This document shows, one piece after another, positions 55,207 to 64,000 of a stretch of DNA of 64,000 nucleotides (the stretch's first letter is position 1; the number at the start of each line of letters is the position of its first letter). The position numbers were made by a program, and so were the translations under genes. The stretch lies in assembly GCA_037444125.1 (NCBI GenBank), contig JBBINA010000004.1, positions 1,582-65,581 on the forward strand, given 5' to 3'. The notes under the pieces were generated by a model, which was not told where the DNA came from, did not search any database, and saw nothing but the letters and a program-made list of their open reading frames with translations. This DNA comes from a bacterium (GTDB lineage: Bacteria; Patescibacteriota; Minisyncoccia; JBBINA01).

Positions 55207-57647
55207 TGTTCAAATTTTACGAAAAGCTGTTCATCTTGTTCAAAAAGGCTTTCAAAATATAGGTTATTATTTTCAGTGATTTTTAGGAAGTCTGATTTTT
55301 CTTTGATTCTAAAGTTATTTGGATATTTGATGGTCACGGTTAGTTTATTGTTTATTTGGCCTGGCTGTTTTTGGAGATAAAGAGAATAAAGACCATCTGA
55401 AGAAATTTTGAAAGGCAAAACATATTCTATCTTGTAATTAACTTCTTCTTTTGGTGATACATACAGCCAGCTGCCGAAAACAGTGCGTTGAGATTCTTTG
55501 AATATATCAACACCGTCTAAATTTATCAAACCTCTTGTGGAGTTGGCTATATCTTCATCTTCTTTAAAGTTTTCTTTAAGGTAGTCAATTGGGTCTTGCA
55601 CCTTTTCTTTCGTATGTCCTTCTGCTTTAACAAAGATAGATCCAAGGGGCGCATATATTCGTAGGTAATTGGCATTGACTTGATTGTACCAATCGTAAGG
55701 CAGGTTACCACCATTATGAATTCTTTTAATTTCTACGGTGTTAGTAACGGAATTATCGCTATTAATATTAATCGTAATATTAGTATATTGTTTAATTACT
55801 TTATCGGTTTTAAAACCGTTGATATTGGAGTTTATTACGGCCAGAAAATCTGAGGTAGTTTGTTTGATGGAGCCAGTGATGTTTAGGTTTTCGGCAATTT
55901 CTTGGGCGTTTTTGTTTTTGAAGTAAAAAATGATATTTTTTTGAAGAATATTCTTATTAAAAATGGCAATAATTTCCTTGATTTTATCGTTATCGAGATT
56001 AGCAAGGCGAGTTAACAGTTTTTCGGTTAAGAGGCTTAAGATTTTTTTAGGGTTACCAGTTTTTTTGTCTAAATCTTCTACTCTGTATTGCAGTAGTTCT
56101 AGAAAATTATGATGTTCGGCAATGAAGTTTTCTTCTTTTATTTCGATTGGACCAGTAATTTTTAATATATCTTCAATAAATTGAGGTGTTAGGGCAATAA
56201 TAACATCAGGCGTCGGTGAGCCGGTTTTTTCGAAAAACCAAGAGATTTTTTTTGCTGATGTAGGAAAATCAAGAAACCAATTAGCGTCATGAGTTGACCA
56301 AGCTGTGGATATTTTTTTGATGGGATTGGGCGGGATAATATTAACGGTAAGCTGACCGTCAATATTGTAAATGTCATCAACCTTTAATTTTTCTATTTTT
56401 GCATCTTTAACTTTAATCAAGGCGTATGAACCGATAAAGCCTCCGGTAGCCCTTATTTCGCTATTGTTTTGAAATAAAATAAGATAGTTTTTGGGTTCAT
56501 TGATGCCCATAAGGTCGACGAAGATATCGAAATTAGTAGCTATTATTTCTATGTTTTTTCGTGTTTCAGGCAGTTTCTCCTTAAGTTTTAAAAAATCTTT
56601 TCGGAACTCTACGGGGATAACATTAAGAGGAATTTTATTTAGTTTTTCTTGGGCAGAGGCAATAGATTTATTAGCCTCTGCAAGATAATAACCAACTCCA
56701 CTTATAATTTTGGCTGAAGTAATTACTTGGTTATTTGTATTTGCAAAAACAGGTTTTGAATCGAAAAAAGACGATAAATTAATTTGTGATAATAAATCGA
56801 ATGCTTGAATAATTGCTTTGCCTGCTTGGCTTAAATCTTTACCCAAGTAAACAGTATAATAGCCAGTTTTAAGTATTTCATTTGGGGAGATGATGGCTAA
56901 GACCTTTAGTATTTCTTTGCCCAAACTTTCAAGTTCTTGTGAAGCGCTTAAAAAATTTTTATAAGCTGATTCTAGATATTGTTTAGATTGGAGAAAATTT
57001 TCAGTAGATAGATTATTAAGAGACGCCTCAGCTTTATATAGGTTTTGAAAGCCGCGGATGGTTTCTAGGGCAATTTTTTCCTTATTTAAATTGGCCTTTA
57101 GACCAAAAAATGAAAAGTTTAAAAGGAGAAACAATATTACGGCAGTAGCGACGAACACTTTATTAATTATGATATAGCGGTTATTATGTTTTTGAATCTT
57201 GGTATGTTTGAAGATTTGATGGTGTTTTGTTTTTAAAGGTAAAGCCTTTTTTTCAATGTGTTGAATTCGTTGATGTTTATAGCTTAATTGGGGATTGGAT
57301 TTGACAATAAAAGGTGCTTCAAGTTTGTCGAGTTTAAGCTTTTCGAGTTTGGTTTTGATTTTTCGTTCTTTTTGTTCAAGGCTGGACAAAACAGAGCGCA
57401 GTTCATTTAAAACATTTATGTAATTTTCTGAGGAAGTTGAGGTTTTATCATTTTGAAAAAATTGTATTTCAGAATTATTTTTTTTCTTAATGGGGGTTTG
57501 TTTTATTTGTATTTTGATTTGTGAAAAACTAGCTTCTTTTTTCAAGTCAAGAATTTTTTTAATGCGATAAATATGTTCAAAATCAATTTCCCCGCTTTTA
57601 GTAGTGGGCCTTATATCAAATACTTTTTTAATAATGAAATCTTTCAT
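55203..57647 (-). CDS. DUF4012-domain membrane-anchored protein
   Basis: YLILFQNNSEIRATGGFIGSY, DANWFLDFP.SA, NYLRIYAP.GS and LQKQPG motifs. Confidence 0.85.
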   Translation of the reverse strand: MKDFIIKKVFDIRPTTKSGEIDFEHIYRIKKILDLKKEASFSQIKIQIKQTPIKKKNNSEIQFFQNDKTSTSSENYINVLNELRSVLSSLEQKERKIKTKLEKLKLDKLEAPFIVKSNPQLSYKHQRIQHIEKKALPLKTKHHQIFKHTKIQKHNNRYIIINKVFVATAVILFLLLNFSFFGLKANLNKEKIALETIRGFQNLYKAEASLNNLSTENFLQSKQYLESAYKNFLSASQELESLGKEILKVLAIISPNEILKTGYYTVYLGKDLSQAGKAIIQAFDLLSQINLSSFFDSKPVFANTNNQVITSAKIISGVGYYLAEANKSIASAQEKLNKIPLNVIPVEFRKDFLKLKEKLPETRKNIEIIATNFDIFVDLMGINEPKNYLILFQNNSEIRATGGFIGSYALIKVKDAKIEKLKVDDIYNIDGQLTVNIIPPNPIKKISTAWSTHDANWFLDFPTSAKKISWFFEKTGSPTPDVIIALTPQFIEDILKITGPIEIKEENFIAEHHNFLELLQYRVEDLDKKTGNPKKILSLLTEKLLTRLANLDNDKIKEIIAIFNKNILQKNIIFYFKNKNAQEIAENLNITGSIKQTTSDFLAVINSNINGFKTDKVIKQYTNITININSDNSVTNTVEIKRIHNGGNLPYDWYNQVNANYLRIYAPLGSIFVKAEGHTKEKVQDPIDYLKENFKEDEDIANSTRGLINLDGVDIFKESQRTVFGSWLYVSPKEEVNYKIEYVLPFKISSDGLYSLYLQKQPGQINNKLTVTIKYPNNFRIKEKSDFLKITENNNLYFESLFEQDEQLFVKFEQ

Positions 57648-58753
57648 TATGCTTTAATAATTTTTAAGTACTCCTCTAGGGTTTCGCGAGCCATTTTTTT
57701 AAAATCATAACGTTTTAAAAATGATGGAGCCTCTTTGTGTATTTTATTTTCTATTTTTTTATTTTTCAATCCAAGAATAATTTGTTGGGCTGTTTTTATG
57801 GGGTTATTTTGATCAATTGTTATTTTTAGGCCATTTAATACTTCATTGAATACAGGTATATTTGAAACAAAGACCTTTTTCCCAAAAGATAATCCTTCCA
57901 GTGGTGGGTAACCGAAACCTTCAGAAAAAGAGGGCAATATGACGCCAGCCGATTCTTGGTAGAGATAGGCAAGTTGTTTAGCAGAAACAAAATTAGCTCT
58001 TTTAATTGTGCCTTTTTTTGATAGTTCCTTTACAAGATGATTAATTTTGGAATCTCGATGATGAGGTTTTCCTGTAAGAATTAGGTGAATTTTCTGTTTG
58101 CTGTCATGTAGTATCTTAAAGGCGAGCAGCAGGTTTTTAATATTTTTATGAACGCGCCAGTGGCCGACATAGATTAAAAATGGTTTTGGTAAAGATAACT
58201 TTTGCTTTAGTGCCTTTTTAGATTTTGGATTTATTTTTGGTAGTTTTCTTATACCTTGATAAATAACTTTTATCTTTTTCTCTTTGATTTTAAATAATTT
58301 AATTAAATCTTTTTTGATGGTATGCGATACGGTGATTATTTTTGATGAGAAATAGACTGCTTTTGAAAATACAAGATAAAATGTCAATCTTCTTATAAGT
58401 GAGGAAGGAGGAAAAAGTATGGGTGTAATATCATGTATAGTGATTATATTCTTTCCAAAGTAAAAAATTGGAATGTTAAAATGCGGTATATGCAGAAGGT
58501 CGAGTTTATATTTGTAAAATACAAAAGGCAGTAAAATTTGTTCTTTTAGCGTGTACCAGCGCGGTTCAACTTTAACTTTAGTAAAATTTGCCGATTTTAA
58601 ATTTAAAATTTTGTAATTTTTTTTGAGAATAAAAATAAAGTATTGATTTTTTTTATCAATTTTTTGCAACTGATTAATCAAATTTTCTAGATAAATACCT
58701 AAACCAGTGTTTTGTTCGCCGTAAAGTCTGGCGTCAATACCTATGCGGTACAT
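57647..58753 (-). CDS. Glycosyltransferase family 4
   Basis: IGIDAR, TIHD, HKN and EGFGYPPLE motifs. Confidence 0.92.
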   Translation of the reverse strand: MYRIGIDARLYGEQNTGLGIYLENLINQLQKIDKKNQYFIFILKKNYKILNLKSANFTKVKVEPRWYTLKEQILLPFVFYKYKLDLLHIPHFNIPIFYFGKNIITIHDITPILFPPSSLIRRLTFYLVFSKAVYFSSKIITVSHTIKKDLIKLFKIKEKKIKVIYQGIRKLPKINPKSKKALKQKLSLPKPFLIYVGHWRVHKNIKNLLLAFKILHDSKQKIHLILTGKPHHRDSKINHLVKELSKKGTIKRANFVSAKQLAYLYQESAGVILPSFSEGFGYPPLEGLSFGKKVFVSNIPVFNEVLNGLKITIDQNNPIKTAQQIILGLKNKKIENKIHKEAPSFLKRYDFKKMARETLEEYLKIIKA

Positions 58754-58874
58754 ATTAAAATATTAAAACAAAAAAAATGTTTAAAGGTTTAATAATCACA
58801 TAATTTTTGAACTTTTTTGCAATCACTGTATTCGATTTAATAAAAGATTTAATAAAATAGTAGGAGTTTTTATT

Positions 58875-60002
58875 TTATATTGATTTAAAAACTTCTAGAG
58901 TTTGTTGGGCAGTTTTGGGCCAGCTAAAAGTTAATGATTTTTGAATAATTTTGTTTTGAAAATAATTATATAGCTTTTTATTTCTAAGAAGTTCTACTAA
59001 CGCTAATTCAAGTTCGTTAGAGCGATATGGATTGACTAAAAGCGCTGCATCAGCCAGAGTTTCGGCTAGTGATGAGGTGTTTCCAGCGATTACTGGCACT
59101 CCGCAGGCGCCGGCTTCGATTGGTGGAAAACCAAATCCTTCGAAAAAAGAAGGATAGATAAAGATTTTAGCTAAATTATAGAAAATAACCTTGTCCTTCT
59201 CGCTTATATTTTTATACCAGAGCACGTTTTTTATTGCTTTGATTAATTTTTCGTCTAATGCATAACCCGCAATAACTAATTTCAGATGCGAAAAAGTTTT
59301 ATTTTTTGTTATTTTTTTAAAAACGTTGATAATTAGATCAATATTTTTTCGTGGTTCAATGGGACCGAGATACAAGATGTATTTTTGGGGTAAGCCAAGT
59401 CTTGCGCGGGCTTTTTCAAGAAATTCATAATTAGTTATTCTTTTATACTGTGTATGATCGATGCCATGGTAAATTACTTTTATTTTTTGCGGCGGAATTT
59501 TATAGAATTTGATAATATCGTTTTTAGTTGATTGTGATATGGCAATTATTTTTTCGCATTCGTTTAGATTCCTTTTTATTTTATTGAAAAAATGCCAAAG
59601 GCAATTTTTATAGGTGAAAAATTGTGGGAAATATTTAAAAGATAAATCGTGGACAGTAATTATTTTTTTAAATTTTTTTGAAACAGGTGTATGCAGAAAG
59701 TGAGGTACAAAATAAACGGTTTTTTCCTCTAAGCTATTTAAAAAAAAATTAAACCGCGGTTGATTGAACAAGAAAAGAGGTAAATGAAGGAGGCGGTTAG
59801 GAATTTTGATATTTACAATTTTTATTTTAGGATTAGCAAGAATGTTGCTGTCGATATTTGGTTTTTGTATGCCTGTCCAAAAAAGAATGTAGTCGTTTTG
59901 ATGATCAATTTTTAGCAAAGCTTTTAAAAGATGATTGCAGTATTGAATAATTCCAGTTCGATAAGGCACAAGAGTTGCTCTCAGGTCAATTATGATTTTC
60001 AT
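58875..60002 (-). CDS. Glycosyltransferase family 4
   Basis: TVHDL, EPRKN and [10 protein letters not shown] motifs. Confidence 0.92.
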   Translation of the reverse strand: MKIIIDLRATLVPYRTGIIQYCNHLLKALLKIDHQNDYILFWTGIQKPNIDSNILANPKIKIVNIKIPNRLLHLPLFLFNQPRFNFFLNSLEEKTVYFVPHFLHTPVSKKFKKIITVHDLSFKYFPQFFTYKNCLWHFFNKIKRNLNECEKIIAISQSTKNDIIKFYKIPPQKIKVIYHGIDHTQYKRITNYEFLEKARARLGLPQKYILYLGPIEPRKNIDLIINVFKKITKNKTFSHLKLVIAGYALDEKLIKAIKNVLWYKNISEKDKVIFYNLAKIFIYPSFFEGFGFPPIEAGACGVPVIAGNTSSLAETLADAALLVNPYRSNELELALVELLRNKKLYNYFQNKIIQKSLTFSWPKTAQQTLEVFKSI

Positions 60003-60004
60003 GC

Positions 60005-60607
60005 TTAATTTTTATTGGAAATTTCTTGTTTGATAGCGAATCTTGCAAGAATAAATATTAAATAGCAGATAAAGCCGATAATACAAAAAATAATCAGGTT
60101 TAAAAGAAAGTTGCCCGGATTACGTGTTATAGAAGGAGATGAATTAACAACTTGATAAAAAACGAGGTCGGCGTTGCCCTTTAAATTGTTTAGGAGACCG
60201 TTGATTTCGATGCGCATTTCTTCGCTAATTTTTTCCAAAAACTCTTTATGACGGGATAATATTTTTACACCTATAACACCGAGATTCTTTTCGCTAGCTG
60301 ATATTTTATATTTGTTGTAAGGTTCGTTGAGTTTAGCGAAGATAGGCTTTATAAATAAAGGATCTTTAACGCTTGTGGTTATAAACTTGGTTAAAGTGGC
60401 AATATTTTGAATTGTATAGTATTGGTCATATTTAAAATCTTGCGTTTCGTCAGTGCCCTTTTTTTGAATGTAAAGATTAAACTCGGTTTTTTGAAAAGAA
60501 ACATTAAAAATTGAGTATGAGAGAGAAAACAAAATAAAAACAGTTAATATAGAAAACAGCAATAATTTTGTTTCTTTAATTGATTTGATAAGATCAGAAA
60601 TAGTCAT
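60005..60607 (-). CDS. Two-TM protein resembling a polysaccharide chain-length determinant (Wzz/CpsC-like)
   Basis: N- and C-terminal TM helices flanking a soluble loop; glycan-cluster context. Confidence 0.55.
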   Translation of the reverse strand: MTISDLIKSIKETKLLLFSILTVFILFSLSYSIFNVSFQKTEFNLYIQKKGTDETQDFKYDQYYTIQNIATLTKFITTSVKDPLFIKPIFAKLNEPYNKYKISASEKNLGVIGVKILSRHKEFLEKISEEMRIEINGLLNNLKGNADLVFYQVVNSSPSITRNPGNFLLNLIIFCIIGFICYLIFILARFAIKQEISNKN

Positions 60608-61715
60608 ATTTATTGATAAATTTGTTGATTGCTTTTTGAAATTTATTGACGAAATTATCTTTTTTAAATTTTGTAACTGACTTTTTTATTATTTTAGCAT
60701 CAAATTTAGTTTTTTCAAATTTTAAAACTGCCGATTTCAAAGCTTTGCAGGATTGTGCGTTAAAAAAAATGCCATTAACCCCATTTTTTATAATTTCAAG
60801 CGCTCCTCCGCCTTTATAAGCAATAGCAGGAGTACCAGTGGCTAAAGCTTCGACTAAAGATATGCCAAAATCTTCTTCTTGGGGGAAAATGAAACCTTTA
60901 GCGTGTGATAATATTTTATATTTATCATTTTCGGGAATATAACCTAAAAATTGAATATTTTTTTTAGCGATGCTTTTTAAATATTTATATAAAGGTCCAT
61001 CTCCTATAATTTTGAGAGGTTTTTTTAAGAGGTTAAAGGTTTGTATTGCAAGATCAGTTTTTTTGTATTGAATGAGTCGGGAAACAATGACATAATAATT
61101 AGAAGAGGAATTTTGTTTTTTTTGTTTTATTAATTGTTCTATGGTGCAAGGTGGATAAATGATTTCTGATTTGCGGCGGTAGTACTTAAGAATTTTTTTA
61201 TGGGTATATTTAGAATTGGCAATCAGGTAGTCAGGTCGTTTAGCTGCTATAAAGTCCCATTTTCTTAAAGAACTAAAAAATGGTCGATAGATTGTTTGAA
61301 TGATAGTTGAGTAACGTGAACTATTAACATAACCCTCTGGATCGTCCCATAAATAACGGATGGGGCTATGTATATATGAAATATGACAGGATTTGTAATT
61401 AGTTAATACACCCTTAGCATAACTAGCGCTCGACGAGATAACTAGGTCAAAATCATTTAAATTCCAAGATTCAACAGCTAGTGGCATAAAAAATGAAAAA
61501 AGATCGTGCCTTAATTTTGGAATATATAGGTTATTTAAAAAAGTGGTAATAACAGGTCTTTTTTTAAGTTTTGAAACAAATTCTTTTGGCAACCTTGAAG
61601 GACAATACAAAATGGTATATAAAGGCGCATCGGGAAACATATCTAAAAGCGCGCTCAAAACTCTTTCTGCCCCTCCATACTGATTGAGATAATCGTGGAT
61701 TAGAGCAACTCGCAT
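60594..61715 (-). CDS. Glycosyltransferase family 4 (WbaZ-like mannosyltransferase)
   Basis: HDYLNQYGGAERV, HSPIRYLWD, SRL..YK and EDFGI..VEA motifs. Confidence 0.92.
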   Translation of the reverse strand: MRVALIHDYLNQYGGAERVLSALLDMFPDAPLYTILYCPSRLPKEFVSKLKKRPVITTFLNNLYIPKLRHDLFSFFMPLAVESWNLNDFDLVISSSASYAKGVLTNYKSCHISYIHSPIRYLWDDPEGYVNSSRYSTIIQTIYRPFFSSLRKWDFIAAKRPDYLIANSKYTHKKILKYYRRKSEIIYPPCTIEQLIKQKKQNSSSNYYVIVSRLIQYKKTDLAIQTFNLLKKPLKIIGDGPLYKYLKSIAKKNIQFLGYIPENDKYKILSHAKGFIFPQEEDFGISLVEALATGTPAIAYKGGGALEIIKNGVNGIFFNAQSCKALKSAVLKFEKTKFDAKIIKKSVTKFKKDNFVNKFQKAINKFINKYDYF

Positions 61716-61724
61716 TATAATATG

Positions 61725-63116
61725 TTAGACGGCTGATCTGTCTTTAAACATAAAAATAAAGGTTTTGGCTAGAATTTTCAAATCAAGTAGTGGCGACCAG
61801 TTTTCTATGTAATAAAGATCGAGTTTGTTTTCGGTTTCAAATGGCAGATTGTGAGCGCCAGAAATTTGAGCCAGCCCGGTTATTCCTGGTTTGACTCCTA
61901 GAACCCGTTTTTGATGCGGTTCATATTTTTTGACTTCCTGAATTTCATGAGGTCTTGGCCCAATAAGTGACATCTCGCCTTTTAATACATTAATCAACTG
62001 CGGAAATTCATCAAGCCTGGTTCGGCGTAGAATCTTGCCGAATTTTGTGATGCGTGGATCATTAGATAATTTGAAGAGGGGGCCGCCGTCTTTTCGTTCA
62101 TTGAAGGGTAAGAGTTTATTTTTAAGCTTGTCAGCGTTTTTTATCATTGTTCTAAATTTATACATATAAAATGGTTCGCCTTTAAATCCAGCGCGGTGCG
62201 GAATTTTGGCAAACACTGGCCCTTCAGAGTCTAATTTTATAATGATAGCTATTATCGCAAAAAGAGGGAGGCATATTATTAGAAGAAGCGTGGCTATAAT
62301 CACATCAAAAATTCTTTTATAAACCTTGCCCCAACCATCAAGGTTAGTTTTTTTAATTTCCAACAGGGGGATTCCTTCAATTTCTTCAAATTCTGTTCCA
62401 ACTAAGGAAATTTCGAATAAAGTGGGCACATATTTTAGATTAATAGCCTTTTCCTGACAAAGACTACTGAGTTCATTAATAAAAGATCGATCAAGATCAG
62501 CAGATGTAATTATAATATCGTCAACCCTGCCGTGGGTGATTAATGAAGATATTTTTTTTAGATCAATATTTTTTAGAATCTTAATGATTTTATAGCCATA
62601 ATTTGGATGTTTATCGATATAATTCTTAAGACGAATAGAGTTTTCGCCGTTACCGATAAAAACTACTTGGTTAAAAATTAGACCGCTTTTTTTGTACATT
62701 GTTTTTTCTAAAAAGTGTAGAACTAATCTTTCAAAGACTAAAAAAAAGAAAGAAATTATAAGAGCGGAGAAGAATATAAACCTAGACTCAAAGAAATTTC
62801 GTGCCAAAAATCCATAAAAAAGAAAAATAAGAAAAGCAGCAAAAAGAGAAAATAAGAGCCTGAAAATTTCCAGAAAAAAATTATTTCTATTTCTTAGGTT
62901 ATAGACGCCGTTTATTGCCAAAATAAAGACGGATATTAAAGCGATAAAAAGAATATATACAAACCACTCTTTTAGACTGAGATCAAATAGGATGGGTTTA
63001 ATCCTGGTAAAAAAAGGCACGAACCTTAAATAATAAGCAAGTAAGCCTCCAGACACTATAAGTAGAAAATCTAGCGGTAATTTGATTCCTTGAAAAATAA
63101 AATGAATTTTCTTCAT
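61725..63116 (-). CDS. Priming phosphoglycosyl transferase (WcaJ/CpsE family)
   Basis: KRIFD, YKFRTM, DPRIT, LDEFPQL.NVLKGEMS..GPRP and KPGITGLAQ motifs. Confidence 0.94.
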   Translation of the reverse strand: MKKIHFIFQGIKLPLDFLLIVSGGLLAYYLRFVPFFTRIKPILFDLSLKEWFVYILFIALISVFILAINGVYNLRNRNNFFLEIFRLLFSLFAAFLIFLFYGFLARNFFESRFIFFSALIISFFFLVFERLVLHFLEKTMYKKSGLIFNQVVFIGNGENSIRLKNYIDKHPNYGYKIIKILKNIDLKKISSLITHGRVDDIIITSADLDRSFINELSSLCQEKAINLKYVPTLFEISLVGTEFEEIEGIPLLEIKKTNLDGWGKVYKRIFDVIIATLLLIICLPLFAIIAIIIKLDSEGPVFAKIPHRAGFKGEPFYMYKFRTMIKNADKLKNKLLPFNERKDGGPLFKLSNDPRITKFGKILRRTRLDEFPQLINVLKGEMSLIGPRPHEIQEVKKYEPHQKRVLGVKPGITGLAQISGAHNLPFETENKLDLYYIENWSPLLDLKILAKTFIFMFKDRSAV

Positions 63117-63188
63117 CTTGCAAAAATATAATCAAATAAGTAAAATTTTTATAAATACTATTTTACTCAAATCTGTCAAAAATTCAAA

Positions 63189-63260
63189 CGGGGCGTGGTG
63201 TAATGGTAACATGCAGGTTTCGGGTACCTGAGAATCTGGGTTCAAATCCCAGCGCCCCGA
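63189..63260 (+). tRNA. tRNA-Pro(CGG)
   Basis: CGGGGCG...CGCCCCG-A; anticodon arm CAGGT-TTCGGGT-ACCTG. Confidence 0.94.
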
Positions 63261-63341
63261 CTAATGTAAGATAAGAGCGTTGTCTTTGCTTTATACTTTA
63301 AGGAGCAGTGATATAGCAGTGATATATTTGAATAATATATC

Positions 63342-63369
63342 TTGAAATTATACCCTATAGGGGTATAAT
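63342..63369 (+). promoter_or_regulatory. Promoter overlapped by a CsoR-type operator
   Basis: TTGAAA-16-TATAAT containing the palindrome TATACCC-TATAG-GGGTATA. Confidence 0.8.
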
Positions 63370-63398
63370 GTTTTTTATAAATTTTTTATTAAATAATT

Positions 63399-63646
63399 AT
63401 GGAGAGGATAGAACAGCGTCTTAATATCAAATTGAAGGTATTATTAAGATGATAGAAAGAAATGAGTATTGTATCGATGTCGTTAATCAATCGCGAGCTA
63501 TTCAAAAATCCCTTAAAAGTCTTGACAGATTGATTTTGGAAAAACATTTAAATAGTTGTGTTATGAGTATTTTTAAAAAACAGAGCTCGAAAGAAAGAGG
63601 CCGGATTATTAAGGAGTTATTAGATGTATATAATTTGTCTGATTAA
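63399..63646 (+). pseudogene. CsoR/RcnR-family metal-sensing repressor, frameshifted near the N-terminus
   Basis: MERIEQRLN in one frame and QIEGIIKMIERNEYCIDV...HLNSCV in another; Cys-His-Cys ligands present. Confidence 0.8.
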
Positions 63647-63657
63647 CCTAAATCGTT

Positions 63658-64000
63658 ATGACTATTTTAACTAAAAAAATTTTTATTAAAGGAATGCATT
63701 GTCGGAGTTGCGAGATTTTAATTGAAAGAGAGCTTAGTAAGATACCCCATATAATTAAGGTTAATGCTGGTTTTAAGTCTGGTGAGGCTTTGATTAAATA
63801 CAAAAATAATTTACCCCTTGGGCAAATTAAACAAACCATTAGAAAATTGGGTTATGAAGTTATAGATGGCAGCAGAAGAGAAAATGAAATATCGTTGTCT
63901 AATGATGAAATCAGAAAAAACTACTATGAAGTCATTATATTGTTTATGGTAGTTATTAGTTTTTATTTTATTTTAAAAACAACTGGATTATTGGAAAAAA
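63658..64000 (+). CDS. Heavy-metal-associated (HMA) domain membrane protein, truncated by the window edge
   Basis: Hand translation MTILTKKIFIKGMHCRSCE...IRKLGYEV, followed by a TM segment. Confidence 0.85.
   Translation, partial: MTILTKKIFIKGMHCRSCEILIERELSKIPHIIKVNAGFKSGEALIKYKNNLPLGQIKQTIRKLGYEVIDGSRRENEISLSNDEIRKNYYEVIILFMVVISFYFILKTTGLLEK

Noticed and set aside
10365-63839. Many short ORFs antisense or out of frame within long genes (e.g. 10365, 11013, 13542, 21902, 25261, 42568, 47729, 49949, 56491, 63648)
   Set aside because: Shadow ORFs inside well-supported genes, with no motifs or translation signals.

Overview
AT-rich, gene-dense bacterial chromosome segment, most likely from a Patescibacteria (CPR, Parcubacteria-like) genome. 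This assignment is inferred from the gene repertoire: DUF4012 protein, archaeal-type PyrH, PGI/PMI, membrane-anchored MurF, and the CTxEAKxCPDGS Cys motif. It uses standard code 11. It holds 9 tRNAs (including an unusual Ile-UAU), housekeeping genes (ndk, rbfA, infB, rpmA, pyrG, rplI, smpB, pyrH, gatB, ftsEX, prfB, lepA, murJ), two surface-glycan clusters (about 24-44 kb and 55-63 kb), an accessory region of small ORFs and hairpins (2.9-6.8 kb) with a decayed D,D-carboxypeptidase, and a copper locus with a frameshifted CsoR. Top finding: prfB (RF2) keeps an internal Shine-Dalgarno and an internal UGA at the classical recoding position. However, the slippery CUU is replaced by ACU and the gene continues in the SAME frame, which points to UGA read-through or AUU re-initiation instead of the canonical +1 frameshift. 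Other leads are two promoter-led structured ncRNA candidates, several genes that seem to need AUU/AUA starts, and a repeated hairpin module between small ORFs. All family assignments come from motif recognition by eye; no database search was run.
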